Source of the DNA: Endomicrobium sp. | GTDB lineage: Bacteria; Elusimicrobiota; Endomicrobiia; Endomicrobiales; Endomicrobiaceae | Length of the DNA stretch: 64,000 nt | Assembly (NCBI GenBank): GCA_031290625.1 | Contig: JAITND010000044.1 | Span: 1,470-65,469, forward strand | Reading direction: 5' to 3' | Shown: positions 49,445 to 59,292 of the stretch, piece by piece | Layout of the letters: every line of letters starts with the position of its first letter | Numbering within the stretch: the stretch's first letter is position 1 | Translations under genes and position numbers: made by a program | Notes under the pieces: generated by a model | Databases searched by the model: none | Told to the model about the DNA's origin: nothing | What the model saw: only the letters and a program-made list of their open reading frames with translations

Positions 49445-50872
49445 GTGAACAAAGAAATAGTGGTAAATAGAACTCTTGAAGAGACAACGGTTGCCGTGCT
49501 TGAAGACGGCAAGCTTTTTGACTTATTTATTGAAAGAAGGGAGTCGGAAAAGATTTTAAACAATATTTATAGAGGCGCTGTGCAAAATATCGTGCCTGCG
49601 CTAGGATCTGCTTTTATTGATATAGGTTTTGGCAAAAGCGCATATCTTGGAATTGACGATATAATAGCCCCAAGAAAAGAAAAAAATATAGAAAATATGA
49701 TTAAAGTTGGGCAGGATATGATGGTTCAGGTTTATAAGGAGCCTATCAGTACGAAGGGTCCTAAAGTTACAATGGATATTTCTCTTCCTGGAAGACTTCT
49801 TGTATACATGCCTTTTAGCAATAATATAGGCATATCAAAAAATATCGGAGATGAAAAAGAACACGATAGATTAAAAAATATCATTACTGAAATGAAAAAA
49901 GATATTCCAGGCGGTATAATTGTAAGGACAGAAGCTGAAGACGCCGATGAATCTGAAATCAGAAGTGAGATAAAGTATTTGACAAGGCTTTGGGCGTCTA
50001 TTGTTTCAAGGTTTAACGACGCTAAGTCCATGAGTCTTATACATAAGGATTTAGGCGTTGTTTTCCGGACGATAAGAGACTATTTTTCAGATAATGTGAC
50101 GCTTATGCATATAGACTCTCCGAAAGAATTTAAGGATGCGGCTGAGTTTGTAAAAATAGTTTCGCCTGAATTGCTTGACAGAATAGTTTTGTATGGCGGC
50201 AAGGGTCCTATATTTAAGACTTACGGTATTGAAGAAGAAATTAAAAGGCTTCGTTCAAATAAAACAGGACTTCAATCAGGCGGGTACCTTATTATACAAG
50301 AAGCAGAATCCCTTTGCGCCATAGATGTAAATAGCGGAAAGTTTACGGCAAAAACTTCTCAAGAAGATACGGCGACAGTTACAAATATTGAAGCTGCGGT
50401 TGAAATAGCAAGACAGCTCAGACTCAGAAACATAGGCGGAATTATAGTTATAGATTTTATAGATATGAAAAAAGCTGTTAACCGCCAAAAAGTTTTGGAA
50501 AAATTCCGCGAGGCGACCAAAGGCGATAAAGCAAAAATAAAAATATGGCCTATAACAAAACTTGGACTTATAGAAATGACAAGACAAAGAAAAAGAGAAT
50601 CGTTATTTTCTTTGCTTGGCGATACGTGTCCTGTATGCAAAGGGTTAGGGCTTGTTTTGTCAAAAGAATCTATTTTTATAAATGTTTGCGATGAAATAGA
50701 GCGATTGAAATTTGACGAATATCATGGGAAAATAAAAATAAAACTCCACATTGATGTCGCGGATTACTTCAAAGAAAGAGAGTTTAGACTAAAAGAATTG
50801 TTTAATGCAGATTTTGAAATAAAAACAAGTCGGGAAGTAGCTAGAGAAGAATATCAAATAGTTTTTGAATAA
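49445..50872 (+). CDS. Rne/Rng-family ribonuclease (RNase G-sized)
   Basis: NIY.G.V..I.P....AFIDIG, VQV.KEPI..KGP, IDVNSG, ARQLRLRNIGGIIVIDFIDM, CP.C.G.G. Confidence 0.96.
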   Translation: MNKEIVVNRTLEETTVAVLEDGKLFDLFIERRESEKILNNIYRGAVQNIVPALGSAFIDIGFGKSAYLGIDDIIAPRKEKNIENMIKVGQDMMVQVYKEPISTKGPKVTMDISLPGRLLVYMPFSNNIGISKNIGDEKEHDRLKNIITEMKKDIPGGIIVRTEAEDADESEIRSEIKYLTRLWASIVSRFNDAKSMSLIHKDLGVVFRTIRDYFSDNVTLMHIDSPKEFKDAAEFVKIVSPELLDRIVLYGGKGPIFKTYGIEEEIKRLRSNKTGLQSGGYLIIQEAESLCAIDVNSGKFTAKTSQEDTATVTNIEAAVEIARQLRLRNIGGIIVIDFIDMKKAVNRQKVLEKFREATKGDKAKIKIWPITKLGLIEMTRQRKRESLFSLLGDTCPVCKGLGLVLSKESIFINVCDEIERLKFDEYHGKIKIKLHIDVADYFKEREFRLKELFNADFEIKTSREVAREEYQIVFE

Positions 50873-50886
50873 GATTCTTCTATTTT

Positions 50887-53025
50887 CTAGAACCCTTCTT
50901 CTTCTATGTTCAAATCCTGCTTTTCTTGTCCGTCGGAATTTTTAGTTGATTGATTATAGTATTGAGTCGGAGCGGTCCCTTTTCTAAACGCCTCTAAAAA
51001 TGCTCCTTGCGCGTTGCTTAAAGCCAATAAGCCTGTGCTTGGATCAATGAGAGCCCATTCTATATCATCAGGTTGTTTAAAATCTAATGCGGGCGAGCCT
51101 TCAAGCGCTTCTTTCATAAATTTGGTCCATATAGGACACGCGAGACCTCCTCCGGTAACCCTATCGCCCAGAGGCGTCGAACGATCGTCGTATCCAATCC
51201 AAACGCCCGCGACAAGTTGCGGAGTATACCCAACAAACCAAGCGTCGCTTCCGTTGTTTGTAGTTCCGGTTTTTCCAGCGCAATGTCTTCCTAAATTTTT
51301 GGCATACCAGCCGCTTCCTTTTTCAACAACGGCTTTAAGCATATTAGTCAAAATAAAGCATACTTGAGGCGAGAGGACTTCTTCTTGTTCTGGAATGTCT
51401 TCTTCCAATACTTTTCCGTACTTATCAAGTATTCGCGTTATTATATAAGGTTTTGTTTTAATTCCTCCCGAAGCAAAAACTGCAAAAGCCGAGACCATTT
51501 GTTCAAGAATAACGTCGCTTGCTCCAAGCGCAAGAGAATATGAATTTATAAGAGGCGTAGTTATGCCAAGGTTTTTTGCCGATTCAATAACTTTTACAGG
51601 CGTTGTTTTCATTATCAACTCAACCGCGCAAGCGTTTATTGATAATGCTAAAGCCGTTCTTAAAGTTACTGTTCCTCTAAATTTTTTACTGTAATTCTTT
51701 GGCGCCCAAACTTTGTTTGCGTCAATTAAATCGTCTTCAGAAATATTTTCGGCTATTGTTTCAATATAGGTTATATCTCTTGAAACTAAATCCCACGAAC
51801 CTCTGTTGTACATAAACACTAAAGGTTCGTCTTCAAGCGTGGACGCGGGCGTAAACCCTTGTTGTATTGCCGTAAGATATACAAACGGTTTGAAAGCCGA
51901 ACCTGCTTGTCTTTTTGCTTGGGTCGCTCTGTTAAACTGCGATTCTTTAAAACTGCGTCCCCCAACCATAGCTCTTATCGCGCCGTTTTTGGGGTCTATT
52001 GCTATAAGAGCGCCTTGAACTTTTACGGGCGTTTGTTTTGTTCTCTCAAAAAATCCTAATTTCCCTTTATCAAAGTCGGCAAGAGTTTCTTCAATTACTT
52101 TCTCAGCCGCAGTTTGAGCTTGCATATCAAGAGTAGTGTAAATTGATAAACCGTCTCTAAACAAAACGTTTGTTCCATATTTTGGTTCAAGTATAAGTCT
52201 TAAAGCTTCTACAAAATAATGTCCCTTTTGTTCTTTTTTTAGCGAAGAATCTTTTATAGGCAAAGGCGTTTCAAGAGCTTCTTTTTCTTGCTCCTGCGTT
52301 ATATAACCGAGCTGTCTCATTCTTGATAAGACTAGGTTTCTTCTTGCGATAGCGGCTTTAGCGTTTTTAAAAGGATTGTAATAATTGGGCGATTTAGGTA
52401 TTGCCGCAAGCATGGTGCATTCGGCGAGATTTAAATCTTTTACGTCTTTATTAAAGTATATCTCCGCCGCCGACTGTACGCCGTGCGCTCCGCTTCCAAA
52501 ATAAATTTGGTTTATGTAAAGTTGCAAAATTTCGTTTTTTGAGTAGTTTTTTTCAAGTCGTACCGTAAGTAAAGCTTCTTTAATTTTTCTTACTATAGTT
52601 TTTTCACGGGTTAAAAATATAGTTTTTGCAAGTTGTTGAGTAATTGTGGAACCGCCTTCGGCGGCTCTTCCTTTTAATAATACTCTTGAAAAAGCTCGTA
52701 TTATGCCTTTTGTTGAAATTCCCCAGTGTTTAAAAAAATCGTGGTCTTCAATGGAGATAAATGCGTTTTGTAAATTTACAGGGATATCTTTTATAGGAGT
52801 AAGAACGCGTCTTTCCATGAAAAGTTCGGCTATAAGATTGTTGTCTTTATCGTAAATTTTGGTTGATAAATTAGGCGTATAATCCCCAAGTTGTCGTATT
52901 GACGGAAGATTGTCTATAAAATTTGAAATAATTTTACCATAGACAATTATAGTAAGCGCGGAAAACGCCGCGATGAAAATAAGTCTAGGGAAACGGTTTT
53001 TTTTAAGTTTAAGTCGATATTTCAT
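50887..53025 (-). CDS. Class A penicillin-binding protein (PBP1A)
   Basis: ED..F..H.G, GGSTITQQLAK, RK.KE, GSAFKP (SxxK), SIN, KTGTTN. Confidence 0.96.
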   Translation of the reverse strand: MKYRLKLKKNRFPRLIFIAAFSALTIIVYGKIISNFIDNLPSIRQLGDYTPNLSTKIYDKDNNLIAELFMERRVLTPIKDIPVNLQNAFISIEDHDFFKHWGISTKGIIRAFSRVLLKGRAAEGGSTITQQLAKTIFLTREKTIVRKIKEALLTVRLEKNYSKNEILQLYINQIYFGSGAHGVQSAAEIYFNKDVKDLNLAECTMLAAIPKSPNYYNPFKNAKAAIARRNLVLSRMRQLGYITQEQEKEALETPLPIKDSSLKKEQKGHYFVEALRLILEPKYGTNVLFRDGLSIYTTLDMQAQTAAEKVIEETLADFDKGKLGFFERTKQTPVKVQGALIAIDPKNGAIRAMVGGRSFKESQFNRATQAKRQAGSAFKPFVYLTAIQQGFTPASTLEDEPLVFMYNRGSWDLVSRDITYIETIAENISEDDLIDANKVWAPKNYSKKFRGTVTLRTALALSINACAVELIMKTTPVKVIESAKNLGITTPLINSYSLALGASDVILEQMVSAFAVFASGGIKTKPYIITRILDKYGKVLEEDIPEQEEVLSPQVCFILTNMLKAVVEKGSGWYAKNLGRHCAGKTGTTNNGSDAWFVGYTPQLVAGVWIGYDDRSTPLGDRVTGGGLACPIWTKFMKEALEGSPALDFKQPDDIEWALIDPSTGLLALSNAQGAFLEAFRKGTAPTQYYNQSTKNSDGQEKQDLNIEEEGF

Positions 53026-53144
53026 AATGAAAGAATTATATTTTAAAATGCGGATTGTTTCAATAGCTGCAAACGCGGTTCGTAGACTTATTTACGCGCC
53101 TTACGGTTGTAAAAGTTCTTGCTAAAATTTTATATAATAACCGC

Positions 53145-53966
53145 ATGAAATATAACGCCGGAGTTATTTATAACAAGTCTAAAGCAAACGCTAAAAAACT
53201 TGCGCTTGAGATTGCGACGCGGCTTAAAGAGAATAAGTGTAAAGCGTTTTTAAGCGATTCCATGTCCGTAAAACCCAAAAAATTTGATTTTGTTTTGTCT
53301 ATCGGCGGCGACGGCACAATGCTGAAAGTTATAAGGACATTCTCGCCTTTGTCCGTACCTGTAAAAGGCGTAAATCTCGGCTCTCTTGGATTTTTAACCG
53401 ATACTGACGCAAATGAAGTTTTTGAGTTCTTAAAAAATTTGTTTTTTTCGGGTTTTAAAATAGAAAAAAGAATTTTGTTATCGGTTGAATTTGTATATAA
53501 CGGCAAGAAAATAAAAACAATAGCCGCAAACGACTGCGTAATTCGTTCTTTAACAGGGGGGAAACTCATTAGCGTTGATGTGAATATAGAAAAAGATTTT
53601 ACTGCGGAATATAAATGCGATGGAATGATTATATCTACGCCGACAGGCTCGACGGCTTATTCTCTGGCCGCTTCGGGACCTATAGTTTATCCTAATATAC
53701 CTGTGTTCATTCTTACGCCTATTTCGCCTCATACGTTAACGCAGAGACCTATGATATTGTCTGACAAGAGTCGCGTCTCTTTTACTGCTAAAAATAAGTA
53801 CGGGTCTGGCAAAATTATGATATCAATAGACGGTCAGGAAAATTATACTTTGCCCAACGGCTCTATCGTAAAGTTTGCTCTCTATAAAAAACCATTAAAG
53901 CTTATAAAAAATCGTAGTAAATCTTATTTTGAGACTTTAAAGACAAAATTGCATTGGAGCATTTAA
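53145..53966 (+). CDS. nadK: NAD kinase
   Basis: GGDGTML, N.GSLGFL, DG.IISTPTGSTAYSLAASGP. Confidence 0.97.
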   Translation: MKYNAGVIYNKSKANAKKLALEIATRLKENKCKAFLSDSMSVKPKKFDFVLSIGGDGTMLKVIRTFSPLSVPVKGVNLGSLGFLTDTDANEVFEFLKNLFFSGFKIEKRILLSVEFVYNGKKIKTIAANDCVIRSLTGGKLISVDVNIEKDFTAEYKCDGMIISTPTGSTAYSLAASGPIVYPNIPVFILTPISPHTLTQRPMILSDKSRVSFTAKNKYGSGKIMISIDGQENYTLPNGSIVKFALYKKPLKLIKNRSKSYFETLKTKLHWSI

Positions 53967-55639
53967 TGTTGTCCTCTCTGTCCGTTAAGAATTTCGCTTT
54001 GATTGAGGATTTAAATATAGATTTTTCAAGCGGATTTACAGCGATTACTGGCGAGACTGGAGCTGGGAAATCTATATTAATAAAATCTATGGAGCTTCTT
54101 ACAGGCGCAAGAGCTGATTTAGCATTAATACGCGCGGGATGTTCTGCGTGCGCTATAAGCGCCTCTTTTGAGTCTAAGAGCGATAAAATTGCAGATTTTC
54201 TAAATAATTTTTCAATACCATTTAATGACGACGCGATTCTAATTCGCAGAACTATACAAAACACGGGGAAAAGTAAAGCTTTTATAAATGATTTGCAAGT
54301 AAGCGTCTCTTCCCTTGCTTGTATTGGAGATCTCCTTATAGATTTTTACAGACAAAACGAAAAGCATTCTCTTCTTGATTTACATTCCCAGTTGGAAATA
54401 TTAGATAATGAAGTCAAAGATTTAAAACCTTTGTTAAAAAAATCAGCCGATTTGTATGCGAAAGTCAAAGATTTAAAATCAAAGATAGAGGCTATGAATC
54501 TCTCCGACGCGGAAAGAGAAAGAAAAATTGATTTGTATTCTTTCCAAGTTAAAGAAATTGATGATGCGAAACTTGAACTTGGCGAAGATGAAAAACTTGA
54601 AGCGGAACTTCCTAAATTAAAAAATGCCGAGAAAATTTCTTCCTTATTGCAACAAGTAATTTCAATATTGTATTCTTCGGAAAATGCGGTTTTGGACGGT
54701 ATTTTAAAAGCCAAAAAAAGCATTGAATTGATAAATTCTTACGGCGAAGACGCTTCAGAAACTTTATCTCTAACGGAGCAATCCTACTATCAGGCGGAAG
54801 AAGCGTATAGAGAAGTTGAAAATATACTTTCAAAGACGAGTTTAGACCCTGAAAAGTTAAACGTATCTCTTGAGCGGGCGGAACTTATAAAAAAGCTAAA
54901 GAAAAAATACGGCGATACTATAGAAGAAATTATTAAATACAAAGATAAAATTGTTTCAGAGTTAAACTCCTTAAGCGGTTACAAAGACAATTCGGATAAA
55001 CTTAAAAGAGATCTTGAAGAAAATAGAAAACGCTTGTTGGAAGTTTGCGGCGCAATAAGCGTAAAAAGACAAAAAACAGCTAAAATTTTTGCCAAATCTG
55101 CGCAAGATAAACTTTTAGAATTAGAAATAAAAAATGCCGTTTTTGAAGTTAAATTTGCAAGAAAAGAACCCTCGGCTAACGGATACGACGTTATAGAGTT
55201 TATGTTTTGCGCCAACAAGGGGGAGAAAATTCTTCCTTTGAGAAGCGCCGCGTCGGGCGGCGAACTTTCAAGAGTTTTGCTTGCAATAGAATTGTCTAGA
55301 AAAATTCAAAACTATCAAACTTCTGTATTTGATGAGATTGATACGGGCGCTGGCGGAAAAACAGGGGAAAAAATTGGCGAAAAACTTGCCGAACTTGCCA
55401 AAAGAAAGCAAGTGTTTTCTATAACCCATCTTGCGCAGGTCGCCTCGTTTGCCCAAACGCATATTAAAATTTACAAAGAAATAGAAAATTTAAGAACATA
55501 CGCAAGAGCGAAAGTTTTAAAAGAATCCGAACATATTGAAGAAATTGCCAGAATGGTATCCGGCGAAAAAATATCAAAAACAGCTCTAGACCACGCAAGA
55601 GATTTAATAGTTAACTCTAAGGCGTTTTGCGATAAATAA
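53966..55639 (+). CDS. recN: DNA repair protein RecN
   Basis: NFALIE, ITGETGAGKS, ASGGELSR, FDEIDTG, ITHL.QVA; TAATG coupling to nadK. Confidence 0.97.
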   Translation: MLSSLSVKNFALIEDLNIDFSSGFTAITGETGAGKSILIKSMELLTGARADLALIRAGCSACAISASFESKSDKIADFLNNFSIPFNDDAILIRRTIQNTGKSKAFINDLQVSVSSLACIGDLLIDFYRQNEKHSLLDLHSQLEILDNEVKDLKPLLKKSADLYAKVKDLKSKIEAMNLSDAERERKIDLYSFQVKEIDDAKLELGEDEKLEAELPKLKNAEKISSLLQQVISILYSSENAVLDGILKAKKSIELINSYGEDASETLSLTEQSYYQAEEAYREVENILSKTSLDPEKLNVSLERAELIKKLKKKYGDTIEEIIKYKDKIVSELNSLSGYKDNSDKLKRDLEENRKRLLEVCGAISVKRQKTAKIFAKSAQDKLLELEIKNAVFEVKFARKEPSANGYDVIEFMFCANKGEKILPLRSAASGGELSRVLLAIELSRKIQNYQTSVFDEIDTGAGGKTGEKIGEKLAELAKRKQVFSITHLAQVASFAQTHIKIYKEIENLRTYARAKVLKESEHIEEIARMVSGEKISKTALDHARDLIVNSKAFCDK

Positions 55640-55648
55640 GGAGTTGAA

Positions 55649-56062
55649 ATGAGCGAAATCAGTACTGAATTTTTAGAGAGATGCATAACGACGCTTGAAA
55701 AGTCTTATGGATTGTTGATAAAAAGCTAAGAAGGATGCATAGATTATGAAATGTATCGCAATGCTTTGGCGAAAACATTTGAAATGACTTTAGAACAAAG
55801 CGGCAAACTTTTAAGAAAGAAAATAACTCCGTATTTTCCTACAAAAAAAGCGGCTGATACTTTGGTTTTCAAAGATTTGTTTCGCAGCGCTGCGAAATAT
55901 GGATTATTATCGCAAGATGAAGCGGCAAGGCGGTTAAAGTATAGAGATAACAGAAATAATACAGCTCGCGATTATGGTCGGAAATTTGCGCAAGAAACTT
56001 TGTCTTTTATTAAAGATTTCATAAAAGACGCGAAAAATCTTAAGGAAGTTATAGATGAATGA
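55649..56062 (+). pseudogene. HEPN (HI0074-type nucleotidyltransferase substrate-binding) toxin, premature stop
   Basis: MSEISTEFLERCITTLEKS then in-frame TAA 55727-55729; K.FE.T.E, KDLFR.A...GL; RNNTAR in place of Rx4H. Confidence 0.85.
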
Positions 56063-56377
56063 TATTTTTATAGACGACAAATCGCTTGAAGAGTTGCGCG
56101 TTCAATTATAAAAAAGTTATACCCAAAAGCAGTTGTCTGGGCTTACGGTAGTAGAGTTGGATACGATGTCGACAATGTCCGCGAAGGCGGCGATTTAGAT
56201 TTAGCAATTATAGATTTTGGATAAGATAAACGCGACATCTTTGAACTTAGAGAAGCTTTTAGAGATAGCAACATACCTTTTTTGATAGACGTGTCGGAAT
56301 TTAATACCTTGACGTTAAGCTTCCAAAAGGAAATTGAAAAGAAATATATTGTAATCTACGATGTACAAAGCGATTAA
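56055..56377 (+). pseudogene. MNT minimal nucleotidyltransferase antitoxin, frameshift plus nonsense
   Basis: VWAYGSR...GDLDLAI motif, L.EAF..S.IPF.ID; frameshift near 56098, TAA 56222-56224. Confidence 0.85.
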
Positions 56378-56400
56378 ATAAATCATATTCCCAAGCGATA

Positions 56401-57498
56401 ATGAGTATTGCATATATAATTACAGGGTTAGGTATTGGCGGCGCAGAAATAGTAACGATTGATATTGCCAATCGTATTTCTGGATTAGGCAATAATGTAA
56501 TCATAATTTATCTCACCGGAGAGAATTTACATAAATCGGATATAAATACTTCCGTAAAAACGTTCGCTCTTAGTATGAAGAAACCCCCATGGAGTTTTAT
56601 AAGAGCTATTTTCAAAGCGCGCGCAATTCTTAAAAGTTTTTCCCCTAATGTTGTGCATGGGCAGATGTTCCATTCAAATATCTTCGCAAGAATTCTCAAG
56701 GTTTTCTACAAAATACCAAAATTAATTTCCACAGAACAAATATATATATATAGGCGATAATTTTAAAATGTTTATTTATCGTATTACAGACTTCTTGTTG
56801 GATTTCAATTCAAATGTTTCTGAAAGCGCAACCAATTACTTTGTTGAAAAAAAGACTTTTTCTAAGTCTAAAAGCTTAACTGTTTACAATGGTATAGATT
56901 TATCAAAGTTTAAAATCAATTATATTGCAAGAAAAGATATGCGCGAACAATATAACGTTAGAGAGAAAGAATTTGTTTTTCTTAACGTCGGACGATTAAC
57001 TTTGCAAAAAGACCACGAAAATTTACTCAAAGCTTTTTCTTTTTTAATTAAATACGGGTTAAAAGCAAAGTTGATGATTGTTGGCTCGGGATAATTATTG
57101 CGGGAATTGAAAGAATTTGCTTGTAAAGAAAAAATTTCAGATTATGTAATTTTTGGCGGATCCCAAAATAATATAGAAGACTATTATTCTGCGGCAGATT
57201 GTTTTGTTTTAAGTTCCTCTTGGGAATGGTTTGGAATTGTTCTTGTAGAAGCTATGTCTGTTGCTCTTCCATGTATAACTACTGAAGCAGGCGGGGCGTG
57301 TAGAGAGATTTTACAAAACGATGACTTCATTGTGTCTGTAAAAACAGCGAAGCATTGTTTTCAAAAATGAAATATATGCTTGAACATGCTGATCAAAAAG
57401 TTAAAATTGGGACTGAAAATAAAGAAAAATCAAAAAAATTTAATATAGAATCAATATCAAGCGTTTGGTTAAAAATCTATACAAAACAGATTCGGTGA
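56401..57498 (+). pseudogene. GT4 glycosyltransferase, fragmented into four pieces
   Basis: ITGLG.GGAE, VVH..MFHSN, VYNGID, VGRL..QKDH, D.FVLSS.WE.FG.V.VEAM; breaks near 56750, 57092, 57340. Confidence 0.9.
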
Positions 57499-57506
57499 TA
57501 TTATTG

Positions 57507-58340
57507 TTATCGCTCTCTTACCGCATAAATTGTTCCGCATATAGGGTTAACTGCCGAAAGAGCAAAAGACGTAAAACCATTTTCTTTCAATCTATCTAAA
57601 ATATAATTTGGACCTTTATTATGCCATTCAAGCATAATGTAATCAATACGTTTTAATACGCCGCTTCTATTTAATGAGTCAAAAATTTCATATTCGGAAC
57701 CCTCGCAATCCATTTTTAATATTATTTTGCGTTTTGTATTATAAATTATATCGCTTATTTCCTTATCGGCTGATTTTAAAACAACGGTACAATAGCTCAT
57801 ATCCTTCTTGCTTACAAAATTCTTCTGGTTTTCTGATAAAACTGACATATATATTGTCATTTTTGACGAATATAGCGCGTTTTTTGTTTCATCTTTGCCT
57901 GAAAGCCCATAATTGTAAATTGTTATTTTATCCTTTAAAGCTTTGTTAAGATTTAAATTAGATTCAGCTTGTTCATAAGTTTCTTTGAAAGGTTCAAATG
58001 CGTAAATATGCTCTATATTTTTATTTTGCGCAAAAAATACCGCCGCTGTTCCTATATTTAAACCTATATCTATTACAATTGCATTATAGTTAAAGTTTAT
58101 TTTATAAAGAGTTAAATAAAAAACTTCTAGGATACAATACAGATCTGAATAAGTATTTACATAAAAAGATACTCCATATTTATTAATTGTAATAATTGTT
58201 TTGTCATCTATGGTTTTAAGTGTCGCATTTAAATATAAAATACACTTCCTCGCCGCTAAAGGCGTTTTAATTAAACGAACAATACTTTTTAAATCAATAC
58301 TTTTTTTATACAAGGAAACGTTTTTTATATCTGAGATCAA
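57507..58340 (-). CDS. FkbM-family methyltransferase
   Basis: IDIGLNIG, YAFEP, ILKMDCEGSEYEI, LEWH; start uncertain (TTG). Confidence 0.88.
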   Translation of the reverse strand: MISDIKNVSLYKKSIDLKSIVRLIKTPLAARKCILYLNATLKTIDDKTIITINKYGVSFYVNTYSDLYCILEVFYLTLYKINFNYNAIVIDIGLNIGTAAVFFAQNKNIEHIYAFEPFKETYEQAESNLNLNKALKDKITIYNYGLSGKDETKNALYSSKMTIYMSVLSENQKNFVSKKDMSYCTVVLKSADKEISDIIYNTKRKIILKMDCEGSEYEIFDSLNRSGVLKRIDYIMLEWHNKGPNYILDRLKENGFTSFALSAVNPICGTIYAVRER

Positions 58341-59075
58341 TTAATTAATAATATAATCCTCTTGTTTTCTGTTTTTAAGTATTTTCATAGCAGTTTCTGT
58401 AACTTCTTCAGGCGTTATTTTAGATAGACATTTTGGATTTGGATAACTTGGACATTCGCGAGCGTTTTTAATACAAAAGCATGAGGAACAAGCGGGCGGC
58501 GTCTTAGATAAAAGCGTCGCTCTATGCGATATAGGCATAGAGTTTGTGTAAGACATCTGACCATATAAAGCAAGAATATTAGTTTTTGTCGCGGCGGCAA
58601 TGTGAACAGTTCCAGTGTCGCAAGATATCAAAATATCCATTTTATTTAAAAATTCTTTTAATTCAAGTAGAGATGTTTTTCCGCATAAGTTATAGGTATT
58701 GTTGTTTATAACGGCGGTTTGGCAGTAATTAAAGTAATTTTTTGCGCCTGTCAAATAAAAAGAAATATTGGTTGATTTATAATACCTGTTTAAATTGCTA
58801 ATAATTTCTTTAAAATTTTCTATATTCCATAAATTTTTTGAATTTTTTGAACCTTTCATACAAAATGCAATATTTATTTTTGCATTATGACGTATCAAAC
58901 TATTAGCATATCGTTCATATTGTTTTGAGTTCGGGAAAATAGGCGCGGCGTTATTGTATATGCGTAGGAAAGATTTTACAATATTTTGAAGACGTATTGA
59001 CATATGGGTTTGATTGTTATTGTTTTTGAGTATAACTACGTCTGTATAATGCTTTGCAAGATAAAAAACTCCCAC
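58341..59075 (-). pseudogene. GT9 (heptosyltransferase-like) glycosyltransferase, N-terminally truncated
   Basis: W..E.F, NLCGKTSL.EL, DILISCDTG.VHIAAA, ALYG; N-terminal domain and SD absent. Confidence 0.75.
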
Positions 59076-59292
59076 AGTTGGACGGAGTTCGGAAAACTTA
59101 TATCCAACAACTATGCCGAGTTATTAGAGTTCCATAGTCTCATTCCCGCTGTGGAGCGACTTATAGCCAATATTAGATTAAACAATAATTTTAACAATCC
59201 GTAAATTCTGACTATTCTGTTTTTGCCTGACAATAGCCGTTAGTATTACGTATAAATGAAATAAAAATTTTAAAAATTTGTTTTTCAGCGCT

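Noticed and set aside
194-55686. Numerous 60-170-aa antisense or alternate-frame ORFs overlapping housekeeping genes
   Set aside because: Shadow ORFs of well-supported genes with no motifs or SD sites.
56741-56752. (TA)6 tract as a phase-variation switch for the GT4 gene
   Set aside because: Further stops, a frameshift and an altered EGFG motif lie downstream, so repeat length change alone cannot restore the gene.
59049-59204. Short plus-strand ORF at the island boundary as a recombinase tail or att site
   Set aside because: No catalytic motif or flanking direct repeat could be identified by eye.
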